Shown in pieces: positions 19,589 through 30,303 of a stretch of 64,000 nucleotides of DNA; the stretch's first letter is position 1; every line of letters begins with the position of its first letter. Where the stretch lies: positions 5,409 through 69,408 of the forward strand of contig QFXH01000010.1 of the NCBI GenBank assembly GCA_003402345.1, written 5' to 3'. This DNA comes from Candidatus Nitrotoga sp. MKT. Lineage in GTDB: Bacteria > Pseudomonadota > Gammaproteobacteria > Burkholderiales > Gallionellaceae. The position numbers were made by a program, and so were the translations under genes. A model generated the notes under the pieces. It saw nothing but the letters and a program-made list of their open reading frames with translations. It did no database searches and was not told the origin of the DNA.

Positions 19589-21082
19589 TTAGTCATTGAA
19601 TATTGAAACTGTATACTTATGACTGAAATTACCGCCATATGTTGCCAAAACCCCAGGTGCAGCATTTTGGTTAATAAAATCTTGCAACATAAAGCCAACT
19701 GTAGGCAAACCGATATAAGTATCGCCATCAACGCTAGTCAATGATTGATCAGCAGTTGTTGTCAGACGTTTTACGCCATCGCCATCAACTTGACCATTAA
19801 CAGCAGTGATTCCAGTAGCATTAAAGGCCATCCGCAACCAGCCATTCTCGAAGTTAACTGGAACATTTACCTCATTAGCCGAACCCAACAAGTGACTGTT
19901 ATTAAAGGTCACAACAGTTGTTTCCCAGCACAGGGATGTACCGCCGCCTGGAGCAGGTGGTGAGAAGTCAACGATAGCGACGTTACCTTCCTCACGGTTC
20001 CAATAGCTCAAACCAACTGGCTCGCACGCACCATTAAGCCAAAACTTGTGGGTAAATGGGCTAAACAATTGAGTTGCGTCAGTTGACAGCGCCGTGTTAT
20101 GAACAGGCACATTGTATCGCTTGGTCGGCATTGTTACCACCCAATCGGTACCGGACAGGGTTGCATTATCCAACACAAATTCATTGATAATATTGTTATG
20201 CATCAGTAACGCACTGACAGTACTATCACCACTCAGCCAAGTGCTTGTTACAGTTCCACCACCATTGAATATTATGCTGGTCAAATCTGCGAATGTCAGA
20301 TCTGGGAAAATACTGCCAGGAGGATTCCAAATATTCTGTACATTAGACGGTGCAAAAGCATCCAATGCGACCGGGTCGTAACCAAAATCTGTACCCGCTG
20401 CAACACCTATCAGAGAAGCCGTACCTGCCAGACCACCGGTTGACGGATTTGCTCTAGCTGATTGCCCACCCACTATCAATGCGCTAGCAGGACCCATATC
20501 CATATTCGCGGCCTGAACTACCGAACAATTAGCCGGAACACCACTTACGTGAGTAATAGCTGCATTGATCGCGGTATTTGTGATTGTACCCATTTCGATA
20601 ATTTCAAAATAGCCTTCACGGGTACGATCCAAGGATTGGGTCTCACCATCCCCACCACTTTGCTGAATACCTTCAAGAGCGGTACCAGAATATGCGAAGT
20701 TCACAAAATCTTTACCGTTAGCAGGAATCGCAGGAGCCGTGCATGACTTATCAGCGGTAACCATCTTTGCGCCGGTAGCAGTGTTCACAACCGCAGCAGT
20801 CCACATGTCATTCGGGGACAGATAAAGGTTAAAGTCCAATACTTCGCGACTATTTTTACCTTCTGTAAAACGTACTTTTACAGCTTTTGATGAATTAGTA
20901 GTATTAACTACAGACAGGTATGTGTCTGTTCCTGCACGTGTCGTGTAGTATGGATAAATCAGAACCTCACCCAAACCATTGGAGTTTACATGTACAGCAG
21001 CACTTGCCGTATTTGCGATACCAACCGAGCTTACTGCCGCTACTAAAGCAAGATAAAGTGACTTTCTCTTAAATTTTTGCAT
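19589..21082 (-). CDS. probable S-layer / cell surface protein
   Basis: Signal peptide; GEVLIYPYYT, SVVNTT...KAVKVRF.EG.NSREVLDFNLYLSP.DMWT, EGYFEIIEMG, GLP.VGF, YGGNF.HKY; Ala/Thr/Gly/Asn-rich; own RBS and terminator. Confidence 0.7.
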   Translation of the reverse strand: MQKFKRKSLYLALVAAVSSVGIANTASAAVHVNSNGLGEVLIYPYYTTRAGTDTYLSVVNTTNSSKAVKVRFTEGKNSREVLDFNLYLSPNDMWTAAVVNTATGAKMVTADKSCTAPAIPANGKDFVNFAYSGTALEGIQQSGGDGETQSLDRTREGYFEIIEMGTITNTAINAAITHVSGVPANCSVVQAANMDMGPASALIVGGQSARANPSTGGLAGTASLIGVAAGTDFGYDPVALDAFAPSNVQNIWNPPGSIFPDLTFADLTSIIFNGGGTVTSTWLSGDSTVSALLMHNNIINEFVLDNATLSGTDWVVTMPTKRYNVPVHNTALSTDATQLFSPFTHKFWLNGACEPVGLSYWNREEGNVAIVDFSPPAPGGGTSLCWETTVVTFNNSHLLGSANEVNVPVNFENGWLRMAFNATGITAVNGQVDGDGVKRLTTTADQSLTSVDGDTYIGLPTVGFMLQDFINQNAAPGVLATYGGNFSHKYTVSIFND

Positions 21083-21286
21083 TATTGCTAGACTCCTTAT
21101 ATTTTATTACGAAATGTTGAAGTTTGACTTCGGGAAAAGATTATTACCTTTTATAAAGCATTACCTCAATAATTACTACAGTCGACTTTAGAAATTACTG
21201 CGATGTTATTGTATAACATAGTTGTTTCATTCTACAAGTGATTTTTTGTGCACATAATCCTCCTAATTTAAATCCATAACCCCTAA

Positions 21287-21706
21287 TTATCTGCGCGGGA
21301 CGTACCACCATTCCCCGTCTTGACGCAACCAATTCTCGTCCAGACGAGTCTCAAGTGATTTGATATCGCGATAGCTATACTCAATTGCCATTAGTACCTT
21401 GCACTGGTCTTGTTCGCATGAGACAGTATCCACGTTAGCTCTCTTCCAAATGCCGCCACGGATTTTAGCTCTATATAAATCCAACGACATAACATCACGC
21501 GTGCCTGGACTCAGATAACTATACGCTTTGGCGAAATCCTTTTGCATTAAGGCCTCCCAACGAGCAGCGGCCCGTTGGGCAACCAATTTTTGCGGTTCAA
21601 CCTGCACTCTCTGTGTTGAGCCACCCCCAGATCCTGCACAACCCATCACTCCAATACTCAGGATAAGCGCCACCAACCCTCGCGACTTGCAACCCATTTC
21701 GCACAT
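21287..21706 (-). CDS. small lipoprotein between secretin and S-layer gene
   Basis: Lipobox VMGC; RAAARWEAL...DF.KAY.YLSP; ENW...DG.WWYV (NTF2-like pattern); start uncertain. Confidence 0.65.
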   Translation of the reverse strand: MCEMGCKSRGLVALILSIGVMGCAGSGGGSTQRVQVEPQKLVAQRAAARWEALMQKDFAKAYSYLSPGTRDVMSLDLYRAKIRGGIWKRANVDTVSCEQDQCKVLMAIEYSYRDIKSLETRLDENWLRQDGEWWYVPRR

Positions 21707-22170
21707 CCATTTTTTCAAAAGCTCACCCAAAATATCTATGTTTTTTATTTTGACTATAGTCACTCTTGCGTTAATGCACTGTCAAGGACAATCTAAATTC
21801 TTTCGTTACATCGTCTCTTTTTTACAACACATAAAGCTATAAACTAGATTCAACCCATCTACTCTGCGAGTACTAGTCCGTTTAATGACTCCAACATCCG
21901 ATAACTTATACTCCAAATTTATTTACGAAATCTTAAGTCCAAAATTAAATCTACTATGTAATACGGCCAAGTGAAGTTTAAAGTGGCGGTACCGTCACTG
22001 TGCGGTTTGACTAGCAGGTACGTTCAAACATTCCTGGCCGGATCAATAATTAAAAACGAACAGGAATTCACTTTTCGCACCTCATCCATATTCATCTTGA
22101 ATATCACTTTACGACAAGGTGTAGAAATACTTTAGCGCACTCCAAGGTTTTCTTGCATACAAACGGAAAA

Positions 22171-24444
22171 CTATCTGAGCAAAGGTGCTTGCTTAACTTG
22201 CTTATCCATTTGTTTGAGTATATCGCCGGGCTTCCCAACCCTTTCTAAAAGCTCATTCAATCCGGTAGGCTTCTTCGGCATTTCGCTAGATTTTCCAAAA
22301 TTTTCCAAAATATCACTTAACCCACTGAGTTTTTTTCGGAATTCTTCGCTTACATCATGTGCCTGCTGGTTATTGGCCACCAAACGCGGTGTAATCAGAA
22401 GCACCAGTTCGGTACGATTTTCAGAAAATGTCTGGACGCCGAATAGCCCGCCGATAAACGGTATTTTCGACAGATATGGCAATCCGCTGCTTGCTATGGT
22501 TTTATTATCCGTAATTAATCCACCTAATACCATGGTTTCACCGGATTTAACCACTACCGTAGTTTTTACCCCGCGCTTACTAATAGTAGGCGAATTAATC
22601 GAAGATGTTGTAGTTATCGAAGCCGCACTAACCTCTTGATTAATATCCATCGTTACCTGGCCGCCAGCATTGATGCGCGGTGTAACCGTTAACAGAATTC
22701 CAGTATCAATGTACTGAATGGAAGCAATCAACCCTGTGGCAGAACCCAAAACAGATTGAGTTTGACTAGTAATCGGCACGCGATCACCAACCTGAATCTT
22801 GGCTGTCTGATTATCGGTGACCATTATATGTGGTGAGGAAATCACTTTGACGCGCGAATCAGTTGCCAATAAATTAAGCGCAGCGGCCACCCCACCCGCT
22901 ACATTCGAATTACTCCACGTATAAGAAAAACCGGGTGCTAACGCACTAATCCCAGAACTACCTGTATCAAGCTTGCCATTTCCGCGCTGTCCATTTTTAA
23001 AGGCCCACTCCAATCCAAACTTCAAATCACCTGTTAGCGTTACCTCGGCGATGGTGACATCTATCAGCACCTGCCGTGGTGCCACATCAAGCCTGCGAAT
23101 AGCCGTTTCAATTTTTTCATAATTGGCTTGTGAAGCCAAAATTAACAATGCATTATTGTCCTTATCAGCAAGCACTCGAACATCACCCTTAACCGCAACA
23201 TTATCGCCAACGGTCGCTTGCTGCTCTGGGGCTCCATCCACAGGGGTCGTTTCTGTCGATTTCACCTCTGCTGGCGCCAAACCAGGAGCAAGCGCAGGCG
23301 GGGGTATAGTTGAAGCTGTTGATTTGCTGAATACATTATTGAGCAATGCCGCCAGCTTTTCCGCCATTCCATTCTGGACCGGATAAACAAATAAGCGCAT
23401 ACCGCCACCGACCCCGCCAGTGTGATCTAAACGCTCAATCCATATTTTTGCCTGCTCTAGATACTTAGGCTGCTGCGTGATTACCAAAATGGCATTCAGA
23501 CGCTCAATCGGCACCAACTTGACCACCCCAGCTAACGGGCTTAACGCCTGAGCACCAAAGATTTTACCGAGGTCAGCCACGGCAGTTTTCACCTCGACGC
23601 TTTGCAACGTGAATAAGGCAACTGACATACCAGATAGCCAATCTACATCGAACATGGCAATAGTGTCCTGCAAATGCCGTAATTCGCGCTCAGTGCCGGA
23701 AAGAATCATCAGGTTGCGCGCTTCATCAATACGCACGGCGTTCGCTTCAGTTACAAATGGCTCAAGAATCTTTACCATTTCTTTGGCGGCAATAAATTTC
23801 AACGGCGCGATCTGAACGCTGTACCCGCGACCACCTTGCAATACTATCTTGTCGTCTCCCAATTGTGGCGTGATCGAGCCACGCGTGGCAGTAGCAGCCG
23901 GCACCACTTTGTAAACGCCCTCTTCCCTGATAATCGCTGCACCATTCATACGTAACAAGGTTTCCAGTGTTGGCAGCAAATCTTTTCGCTGAAGTGGGCT
24001 GCTTGTATGTAAATTAATTGTTCCTTGCACCTTAGGGTCGATGATGTAAGTTTCATTGAATATATCGCCAACAATTGCTTTGACTACCTCACGCAAGTCA
24101 GCACCCTCAAAATTAAGCATCATTTCGTCTCCTGCAGCCGGCTTAACCACGCTTGCAACTGGCGGCGACGCTTTTACAAATACTCCAGTACCGGGGTACA
24201 ACTTGACTTTTTCCGAACCATCAACGACAGCAGGTTTTTCCTCTTTCTTACTCTTAGTCTCGGCATCGCTAATATTCCGCGTAATAAAATGTGACTCCCC
24301 AGCCCCGTCACTCTTTTTTTCATTACTTTTTTTCTCATCACTCTTCTTTACTTCGAACGCCTTAAAAAAATTAGCACATCCCCCCAGTACAGGTAGCATG
24401 ATCATAACCAGTATCCAACGTAGGTAAACTTTATTCATGCCCAT
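22171..24444 (-). CDS. gspD: T2SS secretin, lipoprotein type
   Basis: Lipobox LGGC, LNFEGADLREVV, QVLIDVTIAEV, DNQTAKIQVGD.VP, G.PYLSKIP.IGGLF, RTELVLLITP. Confidence 0.92.
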   Translation of the reverse strand: MGMNKVYLRWILVMIMLPVLGGCANFFKAFEVKKSDEKKSNEKKSDGAGESHFITRNISDAETKSKKEEKPAVVDGSEKVKLYPGTGVFVKASPPVASVVKPAAGDEMMLNFEGADLREVVKAIVGDIFNETYIIDPKVQGTINLHTSSPLQRKDLLPTLETLLRMNGAAIIREEGVYKVVPAATATRGSITPQLGDDKIVLQGGRGYSVQIAPLKFIAAKEMVKILEPFVTEANAVRIDEARNLMILSGTERELRHLQDTIAMFDVDWLSGMSVALFTLQSVEVKTAVADLGKIFGAQALSPLAGVVKLVPIERLNAILVITQQPKYLEQAKIWIERLDHTGGVGGGMRLFVYPVQNGMAEKLAALLNNVFSKSTASTIPPPALAPGLAPAEVKSTETTPVDGAPEQQATVGDNVAVKGDVRVLADKDNNALLILASQANYEKIETAIRRLDVAPRQVLIDVTIAEVTLTGDLKFGLEWAFKNGQRGNGKLDTGSSGISALAPGFSYTWSNSNVAGGVAAALNLLATDSRVKVISSPHIMVTDNQTAKIQVGDRVPITSQTQSVLGSATGLIASIQYIDTGILLTVTPRINAGGQVTMDINQEVSAASITTTSSINSPTISKRGVKTTVVVKSGETMVLGGLITDNKTIASSGLPYLSKIPFIGGLFGVQTFSENRTELVLLITPRLVANNQQAHDVSEEFRKKLSGLSDILENFGKSSEMPKKPTGLNELLERVGKPGDILKQMDKQVKQAPLLR

Positions 24445-24493
24445 TCTCTTTTCTCTATTAAATAGCATATGACTTCTCAATAAAAATGGTTTG

Positions 24494-25240
24494 TTATTCC
24501 GGTGACGGTTGTCGTAGTGCACGGCGACGCTCAAAAACAGATCGAGGATCAGCAACACTCTCCGTCGGAGCGGTAACTGGCGCCCCAGGCAGTGATGCAG
24601 CGGGGGCAGCAAGTTGCGCTGGCACACCAGGACTACCGGGCCGTCCCGGCTGACTCGGCCCTGTTTTGATTTTTAGTACCAGCTCCTCACGTTCATCACC
24701 TTGTTTGAAGGTGATTTTATCACGATCCAATTTCTCAATTTGCATGCCATTAATTTCTTGACCTAACTCGACACGTACCATCTTGCGGGTAACAATTTCA
24801 CGCAACAGTGCAATATTTTTGTCCTTGGTAATAATGATGCCGTCCAAAATAAACTGTCCTTTGCGCATAGTTGGCTTAGGAGGCGCTACCGGCACAGGCA
24901 AGGGCGGTGGAGATGAGGGGGTCAGTGGCGAGAGGCGGCGAGAAGATATGGAAGAAGATACATGCTGGCGAGGCACGAACTTGGACGGTAGCGGGCGGCG
25001 GGATGAAGCAAACAATGGCCGTGCTAATATTTCAGTATAGGATCGCTCCAGTGGCAGTAAAGCAAACTCCGGCTGCACTGGCAGTACTGCTGGCCTGTTT
25101 TTTTGCAATTTTGGCTGCGGCAGGGGCACATTAATGCGGTTACCCCAACCAAGTTCGGAGCCAATTGTCCCAATCAGCAACCCTATCAATACCAACAATA
25201 ATATTGTTGTGAAATGGCGAGGTTCAAAGTGGCTTTTCAT
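24494..25240 (-). CDS. T2SS GspC/XpsN-like protein
   Basis: Single N-terminal TM, RPLF..SRRP, Pro-rich linker, HR-like L.GIII...ALL; lies between gspM and gspD. Confidence 0.7.
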   Translation of the reverse strand: MKSHFEPRHFTTILLLVLIGLLIGTIGSELGWGNRINVPLPQPKLQKNRPAVLPVQPEFALLPLERSYTEILARPLFASSRRPLPSKFVPRQHVSSSISSRRLSPLTPSSPPPLPVPVAPPKPTMRKGQFILDGIIITKDKNIALLREIVTRKMVRVELGQEINGMQIEKLDRDKITFKQGDEREELVLKIKTGPSQPGRPGSPGVPAQLAAPAASLPGAPVTAPTESVADPRSVFERRRALRQPSPE

Positions 25241-25818
25241 TTGCTATCCGCTACCAACGCATAGCCAAATACATCGAACTGCGCTATTAATTCTGGCTCT
25301 GCCACAGGTATACCCTTATTCAAAGTATTGGCCTGCGAGCGTATGCTGACATTATCAAGCAACAGATAAGGCTGCACCGTCTCTACAGCATAAAGAATTT
25401 TTCTCAACGTGGGCATATTGCTGATAAATTGGACATTGACCGTAACACGGCGATAGCCGCCGTCGTCCTTGAATGGCACCACCTGCATACTGACCAGCTT
25501 GCCACCATTAGCCTCGATCAGGCTTTTTACTGTTTCCTGAATTTCTGAAGCGGCCAATGCAGCACCAGTGTTTCTAAGAAAATGCTGGCGGCCGTTTTTG
25601 TTCTTCACCTGATCGAGCGCCAACTGCACTTCAGCATGAGTCGCTATAACGTGCCGATAACGCCCCAAGTAATCAGCCATACTATCCAGCGACTGATCGT
25701 AATAGCGATGCAACATGTTAACCGGAATGAACAGCAGCAAGCCCCCAATTGTCAGGAATAAGATTAACAACCCAATGGCCAAGCCACGGCTTTGATTTTT
25801 ACTGAGGGCTTGCATCAA
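25237..25818 (-). CDS. gspM: T2SS protein M
   Basis: N-terminal TM, coiled coil, ferredoxin-like C-terminus (L...E...PYLLLDNV.I). Confidence 0.8.
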   Translation of the reverse strand: MMQALSKNQSRGLAIGLLILFLTIGGLLLFIPVNMLHRYYDQSLDSMADYLGRYRHVIATHAEVQLALDQVKNKNGRQHFLRNTGAALAASEIQETVKSLIEANGGKLVSMQVVPFKDDGGYRRVTVNVQFISNMPTLRKILYAVETVQPYLLLDNVSIRSQANTLNKGIPVAEPELIAQFDVFGYALVADSK

Positions 25819-27200
25819 GATTTAACCTCAGAATAAGGCGCTGTCTTTATTGTTTGCTTAACTGGCGTATTCGAAGCTGGTAGCGCTGGCTTGAGGGCTG
25901 GGACTCGTAGCGGCAATGATGAATTAAATTTTTCCGCTTCAATCTTGCTGGAATCAGGGGTAGATTGCTCTGGTTTGTTGTTGGTACCATTATCGGGCGT
26001 ACCTAATTCAGGCTCACCAGTCGATGACGATAGTTGCGGTACAAGTTGTCCAGGCACGGGCGCAATGACTACGGCAGCTGGCACGGTCTTAATTTCTGCC
26101 GCCAGATGGTAACGCTCGCTGTTTGGCATATCCCCCTTTGTCAGCGGCGAGCGGAAGTTAGCGTCATGCAAAATCCTAGTACTCTCAATCAAAGCGATTA
26201 ATTTCGACGAGGAGCCGGTTTCCCCCTGAATTTGAAGCTCCTTGCCTTTAAGGTTAAATTGTTGCACCCAGGTATCGTCCGGCAACAGGCGAGACAACTC
26301 ATCCAGCAGTATCACTAATGGCGGGACTGCCTGTTTTTTATCCAGCATAAAATTGAATTCTGCCGCCAGTCTTTCCTGCTCGCGCCGTAGTGCATCGGTT
26401 TCTCTCGCTTGCTGCTTAGCACGGTCAACTATCGGCAGCAGGGCAATCACGGCTTGTCGCTTTTGCCAAACCGGGATAGTTATGGCGGCCATTGCCAAAA
26501 GCAGTGTTAACAGCAACAATCCAAGATTGACTCCGCGCAGCTTGGAAGGTTGGGTAGCAACATTGCGCTCGGTTGGCATCAGGTTGATGGCATCGCCGTC
26601 CGGCACAGCAATGCTGGCGACATACGCAGCATTGGCTGGCGCGCCCCAACGTTCCAGCAGATCAAGTGAATTATCCATCGTTGAACGCGGTATAACCACC
26701 AGCTTGACGACAAGCCGATTTTTTTGATTATCCACACGCAATACGCGAAAGTCGAAATAAACTTGCTCAGCTTTGAATGGGGTATGGCGATCCATTTCGA
26801 AACCTAACACTTGGCGCAGATTTTTGGCTGCTGCCAGAGGCAGTTCGATCTGCTTGCTCAGGCATTGAGTATCCGCGAGCCACAACGCAACCCGCTCGTC
26901 GCGTTTATGCAGCTTACTAAAAAGCACCCGAAAAGCAATGTCTTGGGTATCATTATCACCAGATTGCCGATCAACCCGACCCTGCTCGGTCAAGCTACCT
27001 TGCAGCCAGCGCTGCAATATAACAGCTTGAGGAGTAACCTCTATCAGCAGTTCATTCGCAGCGTTTGCACTAGATTGCCGCAACCATTGCGGCACAAGCG
27101 CGATAAGTTCATCCGACCACCAACGCCAAAAGCGCCCAACCGGGGAGTTCCTATCAAAAGTAAAGCGCGGCTGGCGCGCAACTTGAATTTTATTTATCAT
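25815..27200 (-). CDS. gspL: T2SS protein L with PilN-like domain
   Basis: FWRWW..EL, LP.AA..NL.QVL.FEMDR.TPF....VYFD, LSRLLPDDTWV. Confidence 0.85.
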   Translation of the reverse strand: MINKIQVARQPRFTFDRNSPVGRFWRWWSDELIALVPQWLRQSSANAANELLIEVTPQAVILQRWLQGSLTEQGRVDRQSGDNDTQDIAFRVLFSKLHKRDERVALWLADTQCLSKQIELPLAAAKNLRQVLGFEMDRHTPFKAEQVYFDFRVLRVDNQKNRLVVKLVVIPRSTMDNSLDLLERWGAPANAAYVASIAVPDGDAINLMPTERNVATQPSKLRGVNLGLLLLTLLLAMAAITIPVWQKRQAVIALLPIVDRAKQQARETDALRREQERLAAEFNFMLDKKQAVPPLVILLDELSRLLPDDTWVQQFNLKGKELQIQGETGSSSKLIALIESTRILHDANFRSPLTKGDMPNSERYHLAAEIKTVPAAVVIAPVPGQLVPQLSSSTGEPELGTPDNGTNNKPEQSTPDSSKIEAEKFNSSLPLRVPALKPALPASNTPVKQTIKTAPYSEVKS

Positions 27201-27692
27201 CTAGCACTGAAGTACGCATGTGACGTTCCTCTCAATTTTAGCGAAGAGAGGCTTAGGGGCAATGAGATCTGCCTGATCAACAGAAGTAACGTATGATCAT
27301 TAACGGTTACTATAATTCCCTCAGCCTTTATCAGCATCTACTTTTAGATACCGCCACGAATCAACGACACATCCCATAGCTTGTTATAGTCATGCTATCT
27401 ATCGTTAAGTTCAACCAAAGCTTGATACTCATCAAAAAAATTTAAACTGATGCGTCCATCGGGACACTGCCAAACGGTTACACAAAATTTACTCATTGCA
27501 ACATGCTCAACATAAAATGCTGACATATGCTTTTAGCCCGACCTAAAAAATATCCTCAAGATGCATAGCTAGATGATGCAATACCCGGCACTCATATTGG
27601 AATGTTTGAGTAAACATCAATGATGCACATTGTGCGATCAGCTTTTCTTGTCGCTGAACGCAAATGGAACGTGGATTAATCGCGCGCAATCG

Positions 27693-28628
27693 TTAATGAA
27701 TGGTTACTTGTTCCTCAACGATTGGCTTTAAAGTCGCCGTCCCCTCTTTCCAGGAAAAAAAAACGAACTTGCGAACGGCACCTTGATCAATTTTTACCAC
27801 AGCCTCACGGACGAACACTGTACCGTCTAACGACACCGCTTCAGCACGAACACTATACACGGAACCGTCGTCACCCGCTACGGCAGCGGCTCCTGGAGCA
27901 AACGGCGGCGGCGGTAAATTTTTAAGCAAGGCTTCCTGGCGCGCCAGAAGATAAGCATCAACCAGCGCTACATTAGCACCAGGCAGCGCCAACAAAACTT
28001 TTCTTGGCGCAATGGCCGCATTTACTCCAGCCTGATGTGAATCTACGGTCAGTGTATCTGCCAAATTAGCATACAACTCCGGTGTCATGCCCAATACCCG
28101 CTGCAATTCATTAACCGTTTCAAATGGTGCATTGGCCGGACGGTATTTCAATCCGGCCGCTTTGTATTCAGCAACCTCAGCACCTTTAGGGCGTGGCAAA
28201 TCATCGTCATCACGCCAATCTACAATAGCATCCAGCAAAATATTGCTTTCTTCATCGTTAAGCCCGACACTTTTCAGTAGGCCCTTCAGCAAATCGTCTG
28301 ATGCACTGTTAAGGTCAATTTTACCGGACACGTCCAAGAGCGAAATATTGAGCTTAGCCCCTCCAAATTCCCACTGATGGGGCACGCCATCACCCTTCCA
28401 TCGTTGCAGATCGCCAATTGGCTTGAACATTTCATAGAACGCACGCTGCATGCCAGCGTCAGCCACCGCTTGCGCGCGCGCTGCAGCCGCCAAATTCTGG
28501 CCCAGCAACGTATCAGTGCGCATGCTGAAAGCAAAACTCGCAGCAATCACAGTCAACAATGTGGTTGCCCACAACACTAATACCAAGGCAATGCCATGTT
28601 GATGTTTTTTGTTAATCATGGCCTTCAT
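27693..28628 (-). CDS. gspK: T2SS minor pseudopilin K
   Basis: GIALVLVLW, D.SGKIDLN, AIVDWRD.D, ELQRVLGMT. Confidence 0.9.
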   Translation of the reverse strand: MKAMINKKHQHGIALVLVLWATTLLTVIAASFAFSMRTDTLLGQNLAAAARAQAVADAGMQRAFYEMFKPIGDLQRWKGDGVPHQWEFGGAKLNISLLDVSGKIDLNSASDDLLKGLLKSVGLNDEESNILLDAIVDWRDDDDLPRPKGAEVAEYKAAGLKYRPANAPFETVNELQRVLGMTPELYANLADTLTVDSHQAGVNAAIAPRKVLLALPGANVALVDAYLLARQEALLKNLPPPPFAPGAAAVAGDDGSVYSVRAEAVSLDGTVFVREAVVKIDQGAVRKFVFFSWKEGTATLKPIVEEQVTIH

Positions 28629-29302
28629 TCACTCACACATCGATTGGCAGCGGTGTCCCACGCACAGCCAGTATCAGAGCCGATCAACGGTGCCACTACC
28701 AAATCCGGCCAAACGCGGCCATTACTGAACTTGACCCGAACACGGATCAGATAAGGTAACCGCTGTTGACTATCCCGATTTCCCCACTGGTCGCGCCATT
28801 GCGGTTCGGCATCTTTGGTTTCAGCACCAAAATAGGCGAAATTTAATTCCTCTACATGATCCGCCAGCACGATTTTTTCGGCTGTCTCCAATGCGGTAAA
28901 ATCAACGCTGCCTGCCTCTGGAATAACGCGCCTCATTACTAGTTGGCCAATATTATTATCCTGTACCAACTCCAAACCAATCAAAAATAAACCGCCCGTA
29001 CCTAATCGCACGGCAATCGGAGCTACCAGCTTGATACTATCTGGCTGACCGATGAACGCCAGATTCATATCTGCTTTTTTCTTCCAGTGAAATGGCGTGA
29101 CCTGACTTAATTCACGCCGCAAAAATCCTTGCAGTAACGCCAGATGTGTCGAATTTTCTGCGCGTATCTCGCCGGCATCCCAACTACGTACGCCCAGACG
29201 CATGCCACCAAACAACAAAACCAAAATAAAACCAAGCAACGACATGGCTATTAGCAATTCCAGCAAGGTGAAACCGGTAATTCTGTGTTTATCCAGGATC
29301 AC
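28625..29302 (-). CDS. gspJ: T2SS minor pseudopilin J
   Basis: GFTLLELLIAM N-methylation motif; YFG...W...W....LP. Confidence 0.85.
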   Translation of the reverse strand: MILDKHRITGFTLLELLIAMSLLGFILVLLFGGMRLGVRSWDAGEIRAENSTHLALLQGFLRRELSQVTPFHWKKKADMNLAFIGQPDSIKLVAPIAVRLGTGGLFLIGLELVQDNNIGQLVMRRVIPEAGSVDFTALETAEKIVLADHVEELNFAYFGAETKDAEPQWRDQWGNRDSQQRLPYLIRVRVKFSNGRVWPDLVVAPLIGSDTGCAWDTAANRCVSE

Positions 29303-29739
29303 AAAGCCACTCCATTCACCAGTCGCAACGTTTTAAGACTGGCCGAGCGCGGCTGGTCACTGCCACCCCATAACACTTGGATTTCCACTTCCAGCAGTGA
29401 CACAGGCAAAATCGGCACTGGCAGTCCAGTCTGGTCGCTCGTCTGTGCCGGAGCCACCAAGTATGGTCGAATACTGACATGCCAACGGTAAACGGCATCA
29501 AACTCGCCATTACTCTCACTTATTTTCAGAGGCGTCTCGATGCCAATCGATGCTAACTTACTTTGACCCAACAACATTGCGCGCTGATATTCATCAACAC
29601 GACTGGCATTACGCAAACCGCCAGAAAAAATCTGCATCAATACGCCCAATATCAGTGCCAAAATTACAAATGCCACCAGCACTTCAAGCAAAGAAAAACC
29701 ACGATTGAATTTATGCATGCCTAAGGGGATTGTCAGCAA
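29299..29739 (-). CDS. gspI: T2SS minor pseudopilin I
   Basis: GFSLLEVLVAF. Confidence 0.85.
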   Translation of the reverse strand: MLTIPLGMHKFNRGFSLLEVLVAFVILALILGVLMQIFSGGLRNASRVDEYQRAMLLGQSKLASIGIETPLKISESNGEFDAVYRWHVSIRPYLVAPAQTSDQTGLPVPILPVSLLEVEIQVLWGGSDQPRSASLKTLRLVNGVAL

Positions 29740-29847
29740 ATAACCTGAACATTTTCGCGGATCTTAATTGATGCAACGTCACACCAACGACCGCATACAT
29801 CAATATCCAGCCAAAATTTCCAAAACGTCCAGGTTCACATGCCGCCC

Positions 29848-30303
29848 TTAATTGAGAACGGAGACCTGGCCGGTCAGCCAGTCGACATTAATATCGTATT
29901 TACGGGCACCAGATGTTAACGTGATGCGACCGCCGGTGGAGCTTCCGTCCGAATAAAAACGGATCGCGCCGACTTTGTCGGGCAGCAATTCAGATTGTGC
30001 TGTGAACAAGCTGATGTCTAACTTTGCAGGCAAGGCGTAACGACGCTGGTCACCACTCACCTTAAAGTTTCGCTTTTCAACATCCAATATCAATGTCGAC
30101 TCTTCTTTACGTGTGACCGCTTGGCTGCGCGCTTGGCGTAAGCCAGCCGCCAGCTGGCGCGCCGCGCCCTTTAGTTCGGTGCCGGGCAAGCCGGCAGAAA
30201 TCGTCGGTATCGCCAAGGCATATACCATCGCCATTAACATTAGCACCACCAATAATTCAAGCAGAGTAAAGCCGGCGCTGGTACGCGATTTTATTCGCCC
30301 CAA
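29848..30303 (-). CDS. gspH: T2SS minor pseudopilin H
   Basis: GFTLLELLVVL, IRFYSDGSSTGG. Confidence 0.85.
   Translation of the reverse strand: MGRIKSRTSAGFTLLELLVVLMLMAMVYALAIPTISAGLPGTELKGAARQLAAGLRQARSQAVTRKEESTLILDVEKRNFKVSGDQRRYALPAKLDISLFTAQSELLPDKVGAIRFYSDGSSTGGRITLTSGARKYDINVDWLTGQVSVLN

Noticed and set aside
27755-27763. A9 run in gspK as a phase-variation site
   Set aside because: The frame is intact and such runs are common in this AT-rich region
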